Shown: piece after piece, positions 24,803 to 38,466 of the stretch
How the letters are laid out: every line of letters starts with the position of its first letter
Position numbering within the stretch: the first letter of the stretch is position 1
Source: Perna viridis
Taxonomy: Eukaryota
Assembly: GCA_037379345.1 (NCBI GenBank)
Contig: CM074511.1
Location: forward strand, 16,492,001 to 16,556,000
DNA: 64,000 nucleotides
Reading direction: 5' to 3'
Translations under genes and position numbers: made by a program
Notes under the pieces: generated by a model
Databases searched by the model: none
Seen by the model: the letters and a program-made list of their open reading frames with translations, nothing else
What the model was told of the DNA's origin: nothing

Positions 24803-27800
24803 ATGGAGGAAAAAACGACTCTCATAAAAAAGCAGCAAAGTCATAATACTAGATCTAAATCGTGCGTAAACACGCGTATAAAGGTTTTATTATTTGTTTT
24901 CTTTCATTGCATTGCGGCGGTCATATCAAGTCCAGCTTCTACACAGTACGTATACGACAATATAAATCGGCATGATATTAGTTATCTAAATTCCACAGTA
25001 TCAACAAACAAAAGTCTGGATTATGCAAATAACCATTCTAAGAACTGTAGGGATGGTGTTGAAAATAATGATATCCAAGCTAAGACTTCCATGTGGTTAT
25101 GGTACGCTAAGCTTATAGATGACGCAATCGTGTTGCCATTTATTCTTTTTGTTGCACCAGTCACGGACAAGATCGGACGAAAACCGATTCTTATGTGGAA
25201 TCTTACAGTGATGACTTTATCTTATGCTGTAAAAACAGTTGTTATTTACTTTGAACTTCCATTAAACTTCTTTTTACTAGGGGTAGGCATATCTGGTTTA
25301 TCGGGTGGATCTTACGCGTTCTACGCATCTAATGTGGCAATTTTGGCAGATCTGACATCGACAGGAAATGATAGGACAATGATCATGGCAACTTATGATG
25401 CAATCATAGGCATTGGAGCTTTTATGTCATACGTTGGTAGCGGATATCTCATTCAGTTGAAAGGATTTGCATACCCTTTTGCAGCCTCGACTGTTCTGTA
25501 TATTCTTCTAACTCTCTTTGTGCTTGCAGTGTTGGATGAATCTTATGATACTCTGCAGACAAGATCACCAGTGCAAGTGACAAAAATTCCTATAATGTTT
25601 TTGTCAATTTATTCTAAGAAAAATATGAAATGCAGAAAGGGATATATTTTGATTTACTTACTTATTTTTATACTGGCTTTAATACCGAACTCAGCAAATT
25701 TAACCCTATACACACTTGGGCCACCATTTTGTTGGACTGCAGAACATATTGGGTGGTATGACGCTATTAACAGTTTGATAAAAAATGTTGTTGGTACTTT
25801 GGTGTTGAAAGTTATTTATATTTGTTTCACTAAAGTCAGTGATAATATTATTGTTATCGTCGGTTTATTTTCCACTACTTGCTCGCTAATTCTGTATGGA
25901 GTGGCATCAGAAGACATAACTATCTATGAAGGTACGAACATATTATTGCTACAGAACAACTACTGATTATCCATAATACTTATAATATTTAGTAAGATAT
26001 TTGATACATATATTATTTGCATGTACAGCATGTGTCTTATCGGGCACAACTTCCTGATGTACTACATATGACAGTTATAAACAAAAATAATTACCAAAAT
26101 AGCAAACGGGTGAAAATTGATCATAAGTCGAACCAGGACCCCCCTCCCCCCCCCAAAAAAAAGACGCTTCCGCCATGCTGACTTTTTAAGGTCATGTCGT
26201 GTGAAAAAGAGAGGACATTTGTCATAATAATTATGATTACTGTTCGCATAACTGTTTTAACCTGATTGTTATTTTCCAGACTTGAATACGATTCGTTTTT
26301 GGTCAATGGTTCGTACTTAACGCCTTACGTTATAATCTTTTATAACCAGGAGGAGCGGCATCAGTTATGAAGATACTTTCTACCCCTTTGATAAAAGCGA
26401 TTTTGTCGAGAGTAGTTGTTTCAACAAAACAAGGTAAGAAGTTTTTAACCATGTGCACCTATGGCACGTCGATCTCGTCAAAAGTATGAGAATGAAATGG
26501 AATGTAAAGTTACACACTCAAAATGTTTATTCCGCACTCAAAAGAATATTCGCATTCTTTTGACGAGTACGGTGTGTCGTAGACTATTTAAATTTTCGTA
26601 ATTATGTCTTTTGTTTATTGTTATAGTCCGATTATAAAAAAATGTGGATATTTTCGATAAAACTCATTTATCTATAATTTGAAGATGTTATTATTCTTTC
26701 ATAGCTTACTTGAAGGTGTGTTAAGTATTATTGAAGATATTTTGCTGGTCTTTGTAAGTATTTACTATATTTATAAAGGTTATACGATGGTGCATTTGTT
26801 GCGTTTCATCATATCTGTTACTTTTTCTATCATTGTTCTTTTGCGTTTAAAATATGACTAAAGCCACACAAAAGGCTTTTAGTTAAACCATTCATTTGTT
26901 AAAATGAGACACAAAGTATCGTGCTTTTGCAACATTCATGAAATTCTCACGAAATTACAGTCTTGCATGCGATTTTTCGAATTTGACATATGAGCCATAT
27001 GCTTCATCAATCGAGATATTTTGTGAAAAGTTATCTTATCTTTTATGGTTGGGCTTTTTAAATTGTTGAAGCATGTGGCAAAAATGTCCTTTAAAAAATG
27101 TAATGATATCAAATGTTTTTTGTTCAAATCTGACAGAACTAAACATTTTTGCTACAATTTGTCTTACGGTTTCCATGTTATGCGTGGTTTTGTTGTCAAA
27201 GTAAGCACCCATTTTACCTGATGTATGAAATATCCATACTGAGTTAACTTAGTTTGTTCATAGGGCCCAGTTAAACATAAACCGAACATGCTTCATGAGA
27301 CTGTACAGGGTAATCATGAATTTTTAATCATTTTTAATCCTTCTGTTTCATTTTGTGTATGCTGTGTACTTTGGTGGTGATGTATGAACCTTACAAAACC
27401 TTACCTTTCCATAGCTGATCGCTTGATCTGTATTTATTTTCAGGTGCATTATTTGCCAATATCTATTTCATCGAAGCTTTGTGCTCTCTGTCAGGGTCAA
27501 CTGTATTTAACAACATATATTATAGCACAGTGTCTATATATAAAGGTCTTGTAATGTTTGTGATGTCAGCTTTTCCTGTGTTAGCTATTCTACTTACAAT
27601 GTTAGTGTCAGGTATTTGTTAAAAAACACTAAATTACAGCAAATATTTAAGTTCACTTCTGGGAAGAATTGATCTTGTCTCTTTTTGTTTGAATGACTAT
27701 CACCTAATGAAATGTCAAAGGTAGTTAACTCGACAATTAAGAAGGAGACTTAAACTTTCTGTGAATTTATAAGTATAATTCAAAATTGAAAATTTGATAG

Positions 27801-30485
27801 AAAGTTTACATATTATGGTCAATTCTCAAGTTAAAAATCAAGAATATCAAGCGAATGTCATTTAATGAAGGGAAGACCAAGTCTATTCCCTAACTAACTA
27901 CAGTACTATTTGCAATCTACTTGAATATAATCATTGGATGATAAAGCAATGAGACAATTATTACTTCATAACTTAAATAAATAAACATGAACAGATAAGA
28001 TTTCCTGAAAATTTATATGTATGTAAGAAAGCAGTTAATTTCACATGCTAGACAATATCAGTGTTCAGACTTGACATAGAACTGATATTCGGATGAGGCT
28101 TAGAACCGCGGGAATTTGTGAGGCTGTGCCGATCATTTTCACCGGTTCGAGCCAATTTCGTGTATAAGTTCTATGTCAAGTCTGTGCACAGATATACTGT
28201 CTATCTACTTCTCTAACAAGGCTAGCAAATATAGTGTTAATTCTTTTTAGAGAAGGAGATAGACGAAAAACTGGGAAAAGTATAAACAGCATTAAATAGC
28301 AAACGGCTGAGAAAACACATCCAAAGTCCCTGTGATACTGTTACAAAATTTAAAACAAAAATTGATGTTTTAGCAAGGAAAACAAGGTTTTTTTTTATCC
28401 GAAACGACATCCTGGCTACTTCAAAATGACGTCACAACAGAAAGTTATAATGAATCATTGACCATTTACCATTTGTAAATATACTGTTAATGCATTTTGA
28501 CATGTTCAAATAGAAAGGCTGCAATATAAGAGTGGTTACATAATTTTCCTTGAACATGTACAATAGTTCATAAAAAAAAGTAAAAACATTTACTTAGTGA
28601 TTACAGTTAGTCTCGTTCTACAATGTTTTGCAGTGAAGAAAGGCCCTTTCCATAATCTGTGAATGCAGTTAAGAAATAAATCACGGAATCCAGTTTATCA
28701 TTGTCTTAAATTTACCACAGGCTGATCATTTATGCCAATTTATTTTACTCCTAGCGCTAGCGAATGTCGGCACAAATGGTCAGCCCGTGATAAACCAATG
28801 ATAAAATGGAGTTTGCGTGATTTATGTCGATTCTAATAGGACAATTACGGTACTTTTTTAACATTGACCTATTATGAGAACCTTAGACACGTCATATTTG
28901 TCCATATTTGGCTGTACACTTTACGCCTTGTCAGTTGAAGTAGTCGGTAATGAAACTTAGTGCTTTGTATTATTATTATTTATAATGAAAGACCGGCCGA
29001 ATTAAGTAGAATGATGTTAGATATGGCACAGTTGTTTGCATTATAAGGTCACACATGGACAGGTACAACGCATGGACTGTTAGTTTGTCTGACTTATTTG
29101 GTACAAAGTTCACTGCAACCATTGCATTTGCCATCGCTGTCACTTTTTTAATGAACCTAAACTGACAGACATTGTCTTATAAGGCATCAATAAGATCTAC
29201 TCAATCTTACATGTGAGCTAAGAGCAATGCAAGCTGATTTTTAGCAACAATTGATAACATTTCTTGGAAATTATCCCAATTAGATAAATAATTAAAAAAT
29301 ATATATAATGACACAAACTGAAGTCTACCGATCATGACAAGTAGATTAATAACTTGTAATTAATAATAAACGTTTATATATTTGATGAATATTTTAATAA
29401 AATTATATTGCCTAAATAAATTTTAAATTATTTTATTTTAAAGATGAATTCAAATAATTACCTTATTTTTTTTAAATACTTATTGCTTTAATATGCTATT
29501 TTTTTTGCAAAAACCGAGAAAAAAATAATAAATGAAAAAGATATTACATTATTATTATATTATTGTGTCTCTGGTCAATGAAATCATTTAAAAATATTCA
29601 ACATTTTATATTGGAAAAGGTAAGAAAACGTAAAATTAAACTATCGAAACGTTTTGAGGACCTATTAATTCCTTACCTTAATTGATGTGGTTTTAGTCTA
29701 ATAATTGAATGTTGGAGAAACGTGAACACACCGTTTCATTCATAACAATTGTTATTGTTTACTTTTAACATGATGGCGCACATGGCAAGTGCTACCGTGT
29801 ACGTATGTAAGTGATTTTTACGGAATATAATATAACTTTTCTAAAGCATAACGTTTATTATTTTTTTTATTAAATATGAATTTGATGTTCATTCACGCTA
29901 TTGAAATGAATGAAAACAGCTGATACACATCGGAATGTAACTTGTGTTTGAGTACATGATTTAAGGTGGGCAGTACTTTACATAAACAAAAGCAACGTCC
30001 GGTAAGTCGCGTGCTGCTCATATAGCAATCCAAAATCAACCACAGTTGTGATCTCAAAGCTTTTTAAGGATGCCACATTAGAATTCCTAATATAATCGGG
30101 CTTAACGTGTATAGCATTATGTAAAATTTTGAATGTAATTACGTTGTTTTTATTATTCAGAAACAACACGTGACCACATATCACCATATACTCTCTATTC
30201 GTCGACAGTTGAGTGGTTAAAAAACAACACACACCGGCTTTGTTACATTTTGAAAAGTTTTTAGAGTTAAAAATTGTTTTACTTTATAAATAAATACAAC
30301 ATTAATTTGAATTAGGAAACACATGTCAGCAAAGAACATTCTTACATTAGAAAACTATTTACATCTTTATCTATTTACAGATTCTATATCATTGTAGGTT
30401 AGCTGCATGTTTCAATGTCGCTCCTAATATAGAATCGAGGATAACTGTTGATAAATCTGGTATACAAAAGTCCACCGATGTCTGA
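24803..30485 (+). CDS. SLC46/PCFT-like MFS transporter, paralog 5. Exons 24803-25931, 26350-26433, 27444-27600, 30398-30485 (last exon less certain)
   Basis: TDKIGRK and LGPPFCW..HIGWY. 84-bp and 157-bp exons. The terminal exon was chosen because its acceptor context TTGTAG|GTTAG matches paralog 4. Confidence 0.85.
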
Positions 30486-32301
30486 AATTGGGACGGTTGA
30501 CACAGTAATCAGTATTCTACTGAGTTTATTCTATATTCTTGCCGCGATTGTAGAAAAATCTACACCGTCTAAAATATGTTGCATATATAGATATGGAAAG
30601 TTAGTAAGCGGGAAATTTAATGCATTTACATTAACATAGTAGAAATAAAACATTTTTTGTAAAGAGAAGAGTATATCAGCTGATAGTATTCCATGGTTTT
30701 CTGGTTAAAACTTTACTCCTCATTGTTAAAATTATGTAATGGACATCTATTTTAATAATCTAAAAAAAGACCATCTTAGGTTTATCGTTATGATATATTA
30801 CGCATATTTATGGCAAGTGATGTGTTACAAAATTCACCACTTTTTAATTTATTTAATATTTTCTTATTAATATGCAAGATTTTTCCATATCCTTTTGCTT
30901 AAATTCTTTCTTTTTAACTGTAATGAACAAGGAGTCGCTTTTAAACGTTTAGTTTATGTTATTTTTGTGTATTGTTTCATCAATAAAATTAAATAATTAC
31001 ACATTAGACGTTCATTTTGTTTTTATTCTAAGATTGGCAAATTTTTCTTTGTATTCATTGTGAAAGAAATTTCTTTTAGCTTTTCGCATAGTATTTTACA
31101 CAAAGCAGATTTTATATAGTGTGACCTGAACAGTAAAAGATAGGGACATTCCTTATAAGTACTTTTTAACAGAATTGAGCTTGATCGATTTTCATATATA
31201 CAGACAATTTTGTGAAGTCCTTTCGGTTTAACGGATCAATTAATTCATGGTAAATGAAATATTGTTTCGACGAATCATAAATATACCTCATAATATACTT
31301 CGCCCAGAGTACACATGAAAACTTACAACATAAGTAAATATATGCGCTTGTCCCTGTAAAAATCACATAGAAAAAATGCTTTCTAAAATTAAATGAAAAA
31401 ACCTTTTTAAGGATATCAAATTCACGTTTGTAAAGGCAAAGTTTTTTTTACAAAGTTAAACACGTTCGTTCTTTCATCCACAGTTAATGGGTAAACGTAA
31501 AGCCTCCACTTCCACTCTTTCCTCTGTTCTTAGACTAGTTACACACTATTAAATCACAATATATTTCTGGTAATACTCTGTAACATAACGTGTTCGAAAT
31601 AAGGAGATGTATTACCAATTTCATATGAACCTAAACTACTTGTATATACTTTGCATGATTCGGAGCACTCAAAATATTACTCTCGGTTACCTCTGCTCTA
31701 ACTCTTAGAGCACATAAAACATGTTGAAATTCCTGTTATGGGGAAATTACAGATATCTGTCAAATACACAACTACCAGTCAAGTTTATTGCAAATTTCGA
31801 TGTGCTGTACACGTGTTTTCAAGGAGAAGCTTCTCTTCAGCTGCATAAGAATCAAATTTATAGGAAGATAAAAAAAGGTGTAAAGAAATACTTAAAACTA
31901 TTGAATTTCTATTATGTGCAATACAAATAATGAAGCTAAATTATAGCCTTAGTATTTAAAATATTTTATAATTTGGGGTCAGACCAATCTGACTACTGGG
32001 TTGGTGAATACCCTCGAGGACCTTTGGTCCTTCAGCAGTGGCATTAACTCAGTGGTTATTAAATACAGATACATTATTTTCTTACAAAAACAAACATCAG
32101 CAACAAATATTGATAGAATACTTGTATAATTTGACTATGATGTATCTTCGAATAGAGAATCAAAGTTTGAAATGAACTTCGAACGTTTGTAATCAATATG
32201 TCAGACATATAACTCATGGTCAAGGGCAGATAACGGCTGGACTGGTCATTGATCTTTTACCAACATTTAAAATATTATAATTATATTGAGTGAAAATAAT
32301 T

Positions 32302-35300
32302 ATGGACGACTGTACGCCATTGTTACAAAAACTTGATGTTAATAAAAAGCAGGAAAGTAATTACAATACTAGAGTAAAAGTTATGTGCTATGTCATGATC
32401 AACAGCATTGGGATATTAATTTCCAGTTCTGGCCAAACCAAGTATATCTACAGTTATATCAAGTCTCATGATAAACTAAACAATTCAAGCAACAGTACAG
32501 AACATGCACGATTTAAGCACCAGAAACATTTATGTGGAGACAATTTATTCGACGATAGCCACACTCAAGCGAAGACATCTTTTTGGACATGGAGTATTTC
32601 GGCTATACAGTATGGCTTTGCTCTTCCCATTATGGTCTGTGTCGGACCAATGATTGACAGCATTGGTAGGAAACCATTACTTTTATGGAATGTTACTGTC
32701 ACGTGTCTTGCATTTATACTTAAGACAATAATTGCTTACTATAAGTTTCGCCTGGAATACTTCATAATGTGCTCATGTTTACTAGGTCTGTCTGGGACCT
32801 ATTTCACATTTCATTTGGTTTGTCTATCGATTTTGGCAGACACTACATCCAAGGGGAACCAAAGAACTATGGCAATGGCAATTTATCGTGCAGTAATGGC
32901 TATTGGGGGGTTCTTTGCTTACGTTGGAATGGGTTATTTGTCTGAAATCGATGGATTTCCCTATCCCTTTGCTGTTTCTTCTGTTATATTTTTCTTTTTT
33001 GTTATTGTCGTAACTATAACATTCAAAGATACATGGCAACCGAAAACGAACCTAATTGAAAGTCGAAAATTTACCTCATCCGTCGAAATTTTTGTACTTT
33101 GTAAAGAAAGAGTTCACGTTAGAAGAAATATTCATTACTTAATTTCCTATTATGCAATATTTTTCCTCTACATGTTACCATTTGCTGCAAAAGACTCTGT
33201 GAAGACAATCTATTTACTAGGACCACCGTTTTGCTGGCATCCGCAACATTTTGGTTGGTACAGTGCAATATCTGGAATTATTATATTCATGAGTGGACCA
33301 ATAATTCTCAAAGTTCTACATATTCTGATAAAAACAATTAAAGATGAAGTGATCCTAATTGCAGGGCTCATATCTGCGACTGCTACCTATCTTTTACTTG
33401 GTTTTGCTAGCAATGACGGCACTGTATACGACGGTAAGATGTTAGAAACTGATCTTGTAAAAATGCTGGAAATAATATGTGATTCCGCCATATATACATA
33501 AAAAAATGTTGATTTTTTTTAAGCACATAAAATGCGATAATAACATGAAATGAAAGTATAAACAATAAAAAGTATGAGTTCAGTGAGTTATTGGACAGAC
33601 TAATTATGGGTTAATATTTATGCTCATTTATACTCTGAATTGTTGCTTCTTTGTATCACGGAATCGATGTACTTTCTGATGACGTCATATTTCCTATGTT
33701 TTATTGTAGCTACAGCAGCTGGACTGTTCAAAGGGCTTCCTGTAACGCTCGTTAAAGCAATCCTTTCTAGATCTGTTGACTCTGAAAAACAAGGTAATTA
33801 TCATAAAATTGCTTTCTTCATATTCTTATCACAAATTCATTTAAAACAAAATGGTATTGTATTTAATTAGCCAATTCAAACTAATTTATTTATCTTAATA
33901 ATATGAATGACTTTTAGAAGCATTGGGTCCTGTCACGAATATGTATATAACTGAACGATGTCAGAATATCTCATATTTCATAAGTACACGTAAGTTTAAA
34001 AAAAAAAAAAGCAAAGGAGGGGGGAATAAAATGATTAAAGAAAAAAAAGATTAAAATAAACTCAGTTTTATGGTGGTATCCATCTGCACCACGTTCAACG
34101 TGTCATAGTTTTCCTTTCCTCTTTCGTCTACTCTAGACTTTGATTTTTTATGAGCAACTCGGCGTGTGTTTCTTGAAAAGCAAAGGACGCTTACTCTACC
34201 GGTGCGCCTGGTCCATGCTCCCAGTTTTAGTGGAGTCCGATTTGCTTATTTACTTTTTTTTGCTTTGTACACATTCCTTTGGTATTTTTATGTTCTTTGT
34301 TGTGTGTCTATTTTTGCAGTCTAGTCTTTGTCCCGAGTCTTATTCTTTTGAGTTCTGCTAGAATTTTTGTTCCCTTGATAACTTGAAATCAAAGAAAATG
34401 TTTAAAAGAACAACTAATGCTGGTAAAATTGATATCTTGTTTTGTTTTGGGCCTTGAAAAAGTTTGTGACAAATCTAATGTAATCGATTTCTAATACCTA
34501 GTTTCAATTTAAAAAATAGGCTTTAAAATCATATAACTTTTAAGCTTCTGCATAATTTTATTGCAAAGAGTTTACAACCCATGACTTGTAGTAGGCTGAA
34601 ACTGTATTTTTGTTCACAATAAAATTTTGCACTGCGAGTAGATAAGTCTTCATTTGAACTCAATCTCTCAGTACATGGTAATCTCTAAAATTCACCTTAA
34701 AGTGCTGAATGATTTTGTTGTGAATTTGGAGAATTGAATTCACCACAAATGAGAAAGCGTAAGAACTTCTGATGATTCCTTCATTGCAAGGACAGAAAAA
34801 ATGATTGAACTTTATAAATACTTCGACATTCTGTCAAAGTTTGTACTTTTTGGTCATTTTTTGGCACACCAAGAAACAACTCCATATTTAGTGCATAAAT
34901 TCATTATTACATAGTTTATTATATTTGAAAAAATAAAGTTATTTCTTGGATGTGCAAAATAGTTTTCTGGGTGTAAATATGTCCCAAAAAAAAATACAAT
35001 TCTCATCAGTTTTCGCTAAATGGCGTAAAATTGTAGCATCATTATGACATCATTACAATGAACCAAATGCCAAAAACTATTATTTTTCCTTACATTCATA
35101 TAGTTTAATATGTTATGAACAGATTTTGCACCTGGTTCATGCTCCAATTTTTAGTGGAGTGCGAGTTGCTCATTTGCCTTTTGTAACTTTGTATGTATGA
35201 TTTTAGTTACTTTATGTTCTTTGTTGTGTATGTCTGTTTTCCATGTCTTGTCTTTGTATCTGGATTACATTCTTCTGATAACCTTGATTCCCTTGATTAT

Positions 35301-36236
35301 TTTCTTACAACAAAGTTGATATTTTATGCAATATTCATAGTTTAACGTCTCTTCATTTGTAAAATAATTGTTCATTCCATTTATAAGTTTGATAAAGGTA
35401 ACTTTTATTCGGATAAAAATATCTGACCATTTTCCGAAAGAAAATTAGGTTTTACAAAGATAGGGATTTAATACTAAAAAGTATTAAAATCAGCGTTTAG
35501 TTTGTCAATGAGATAAATAAATTAAAATTGTGTTTTCTATTTATTTGAAAGGTGCTTTATTTTCCAACATCTATCTAATTGAAGCTTCTTGTGCTTTAAT
35601 TGGTTCCACCTTATTTGACAACATCTATCACCAAACAGTTACGACTTATAGAGGAATAGTTTTCTTCGTAATGACAGGATTCCCCGTTCTTGCTCTTGGA
35701 TTGGTAATGTAAGTATCTTAGATACGCCTCTTTGTGAACTGAACATATTTTATTGCATAAAGAGCAGAGGACTTGAACAAAAATTAGTTCAATTTATAAA
35801 CGTCCTCTCCCATATTACAGGCATTAGTAACTACATAAATGTTTTGCATGAAACAACAATAATAACTGCACATTGTAAACTTATTACATCAACCAGAATG
35901 TATATATGCAACTTTAGATGTCCAATGTTTTTCCTGCTTTTATTTAAAGTAATTGTATTAAGATACAATTTTATTCATGTACATCAACAGTATCCAAAAT
36001 TATTTTCTTTATAAAATTTCGAACAGTCTTTCTATTTGTGCATCTTTCAAAAAATATAATTAAAAAAAAATAATAATATAATATAAAAAATATAATATAA
36101 AAATATAATATAAAACCAAGAATTATATGATATTTTTCCGTGCTATGATATGTATATTATGTATATTATATTTTTCAGGGTTATGATATGTATACATAAA
36201 TCGCCAGAAGTACGACAACAAATTATCATTGAGTAG
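32302..36236 (+). CDS. SLC46/PCFT-like MFS transporter, paralog 6. Exons 32302-33433, 33710-33793, 35552-35708, 36179-36236
   Basis: ATG at 32302 (MDDCTPLL). IDSIGRK and LGPPFCW..HFGWY. 84-bp and 157-bp exons. Short last exon ...QQIIIE-stop. Confidence 0.88.
34068..34382 (+). mobile_element. 3'-end fragment of the Penelope-like family
   Basis: Matches 11998-12300 and 47915-48230 (TATCCATCTGCACCA, ATGAGCAACTCGG...GGACGCTTAC...CCTGGTCCATGCTCC). Confidence 0.8.
35127..35302 (+). mobile_element. Short 3'-end fragment of the Penelope-like family
   Basis: TGCACCTGGTTCATGCTCC...GAGTTGCTCATTTG...CCCTTGATTA, nearly identical to 48047-48230. Confidence 0.8.
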
Positions 36237-38342
36237 CAAGCAGGAGATAATTACATGTCTACAAATATAAGAAGAGTGTCGATAAAAATGTGCAAACCAT
36301 TAAGGCAATGGATCAGTGTGACATAACATAAACAAAGAAGTATTATCAAGAGAACACAGACATACTTCTACAATTACTTATGTCAATGAATGTATTTTTT
36401 CAAGATAAAGTCATCATGTCACAAGTTTATCGATAACTAGTACTATCTTTAAAAAAGATAACCGACGCAGAAAATTTTACTTCTAAGTTTCTACATTTCT
36501 TTCAAGAAAATAACACGTGGCACGCAATTTCAAATTTTTGATACAGTTTTTTTCAAACGCAATTTAATTTTTTTTAACGCCACTAAGTTATAAGTATTTG
36601 ACCTATCGGAAAACAGATTTGCTATCAGGTAACATGCGTTTCCATAGAAGAGCGTCCTTAAGTCAAAGGGTAAATAGCGATACTATACGGACTGCGTAGG
36701 AAAAATATGCATGAAACTAATCATCTTGAAAAGGTAAATGAAGAAAAAGAAAAAAATCAAAATTCTGAATTGTAAGGGTGAATTGTTCAAATAAAAAAAT
36801 CAAATATGTCTTAGTACGATCGAAGATCTCATGTTTGCCCTCATGGAAAAAGGAGTATAGTGTGCATATCCATACAGTAGTCTTCAAATTTATGTTGATT
36901 ACCCATCTCCTCCCAATACTACCTCCTATTGGCTCTTATAGAAGTGTACAATTTGTTGGCCGCTTTTTTATGTCATACTTAATTTGCTGTAAGGAATTTT
37001 GTATACTTTTGAGGAAGTGTCAACTGTTTTATCAATTTCATATTATTTGCATCATCTCTGACAGTGACAGTGAGTTTTCGTCTTTTTAATAAATGACATT
37101 TATCATTTGTTTTATTTATGTCCTAACAAAAAAAAAAAAAAAACTTAGTGGAATAGCTTACACACCATTGTCCTCTTTTTGTCTAAAAGAATAACTTGGG
37201 AATTGGTGCAATTTATGTCTGATTTATACAGAGTAAAGTGTGCATCTGTACAGATTCTTAACAAAAAAAACCTATTTTTTTTCAATTCTACATTTTTTTC
37301 TCCGACATACATATATTTCATAGCACTTTTACTAGTTTTATGAGAAAATAGTCCGATTTTACACATACATAAATTCTGAAAAAACAATGTATATAATCCT
37401 TATAATTCCAAATTATCTAAATTGACACCAAAAAATGACATAGCATATAGCGGCATTTAACCAACGTTGTGACATGGCTGTTAATTTCATATTCGAAGTA
37501 AAAAGTTTTACTGATAACCATATTCTTTCCAAATTGTTAATACAATATCGAACATGAATGAAATTAAGTAGATAATGTAATTGGCTCTAAATTGCCAAAG
37601 CGATGGTAGCCATGTTTGTAAACAATATGTACGTGGAATTTTAAAAACTGTCATCGCTGAGACCGTAGCAGGTAAAAACCCAATAACATTTAGTACGAAA
37701 AGACATATATTAACTAGATTGGAATTATTTTACAATATCACACAATTTGTTTTAAAAATATCACCAGACTATCTATGGAAAATGGCGGGAATTTTTTTCC
37801 ATACTATTTTCTTATAAAAGCAGTCAAAAAAATATCAACGTCACAGTGGCTTCAGGATAAATTTAAACATCTTCTCAGTTGCTTTCTAGATGTACAGAAC
37901 GCATTTTTTTGTATATTAAAATGACTAAATTGGGAAAATGATGTGCCACACATTGCCTGATCTTGCCAATAAAGGTACGTAAAATCGTATGGTCAAATTT
38001 TTAATGCTTGATTTCGGGGAAATTCGGAACTCGAACTTTGTTAATGACAGACGAAATATAATGCATCATAATACAACTGAAGAAAACCCGTTTTAAACTA
38101 AAAATAAATGAGTAGGTTTTATCGGTATTACTGGTATTAGTTTAGCAGTTGCTGATAAGGGTTAGAAATCTGTATCTATTGATATAATAGAGATTACTGA
38201 AGCATTGCAACAATAAGAAACTTCAAGCACCGACCATTTTTTATGCTAAAAGAGGGGGGCCTGGAGTTTATGTCGGATAAGAATTCATGACTTTACACTA
38301 GCCCTTCCCTACTTGGATTTTCGTCTTGTACGTGTTTCTATT

Positions 38343-38349
38343 TATAAAA
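38343..38349 (+). promoter_or_regulatory. Candidate TATA box of Cys-rich peptide gene A
   Basis: TATAAAA about 120 bp upstream of the ATG. The paralog has TATAAAG at a similar distance. Confidence 0.4.
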
Positions 38350-38466
38350 GAACACTCTACGGCCTTCAACGGGGTTCTCTGGTGATGTCATATGTGTAAG
38401 GTCGAAACAGCTAAGTAGTAGAGCTGTGATAGGACTTTTGACTCTTATCTTGAAATCTTTACAACA

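Noticed and set aside
32290-32301. GTG start of ORF 32290..33501
   Set aside because: Eukaryotic gene. ATG 32302 gives MDDCTPLL, matching paralog 2 MDDNTPLL.
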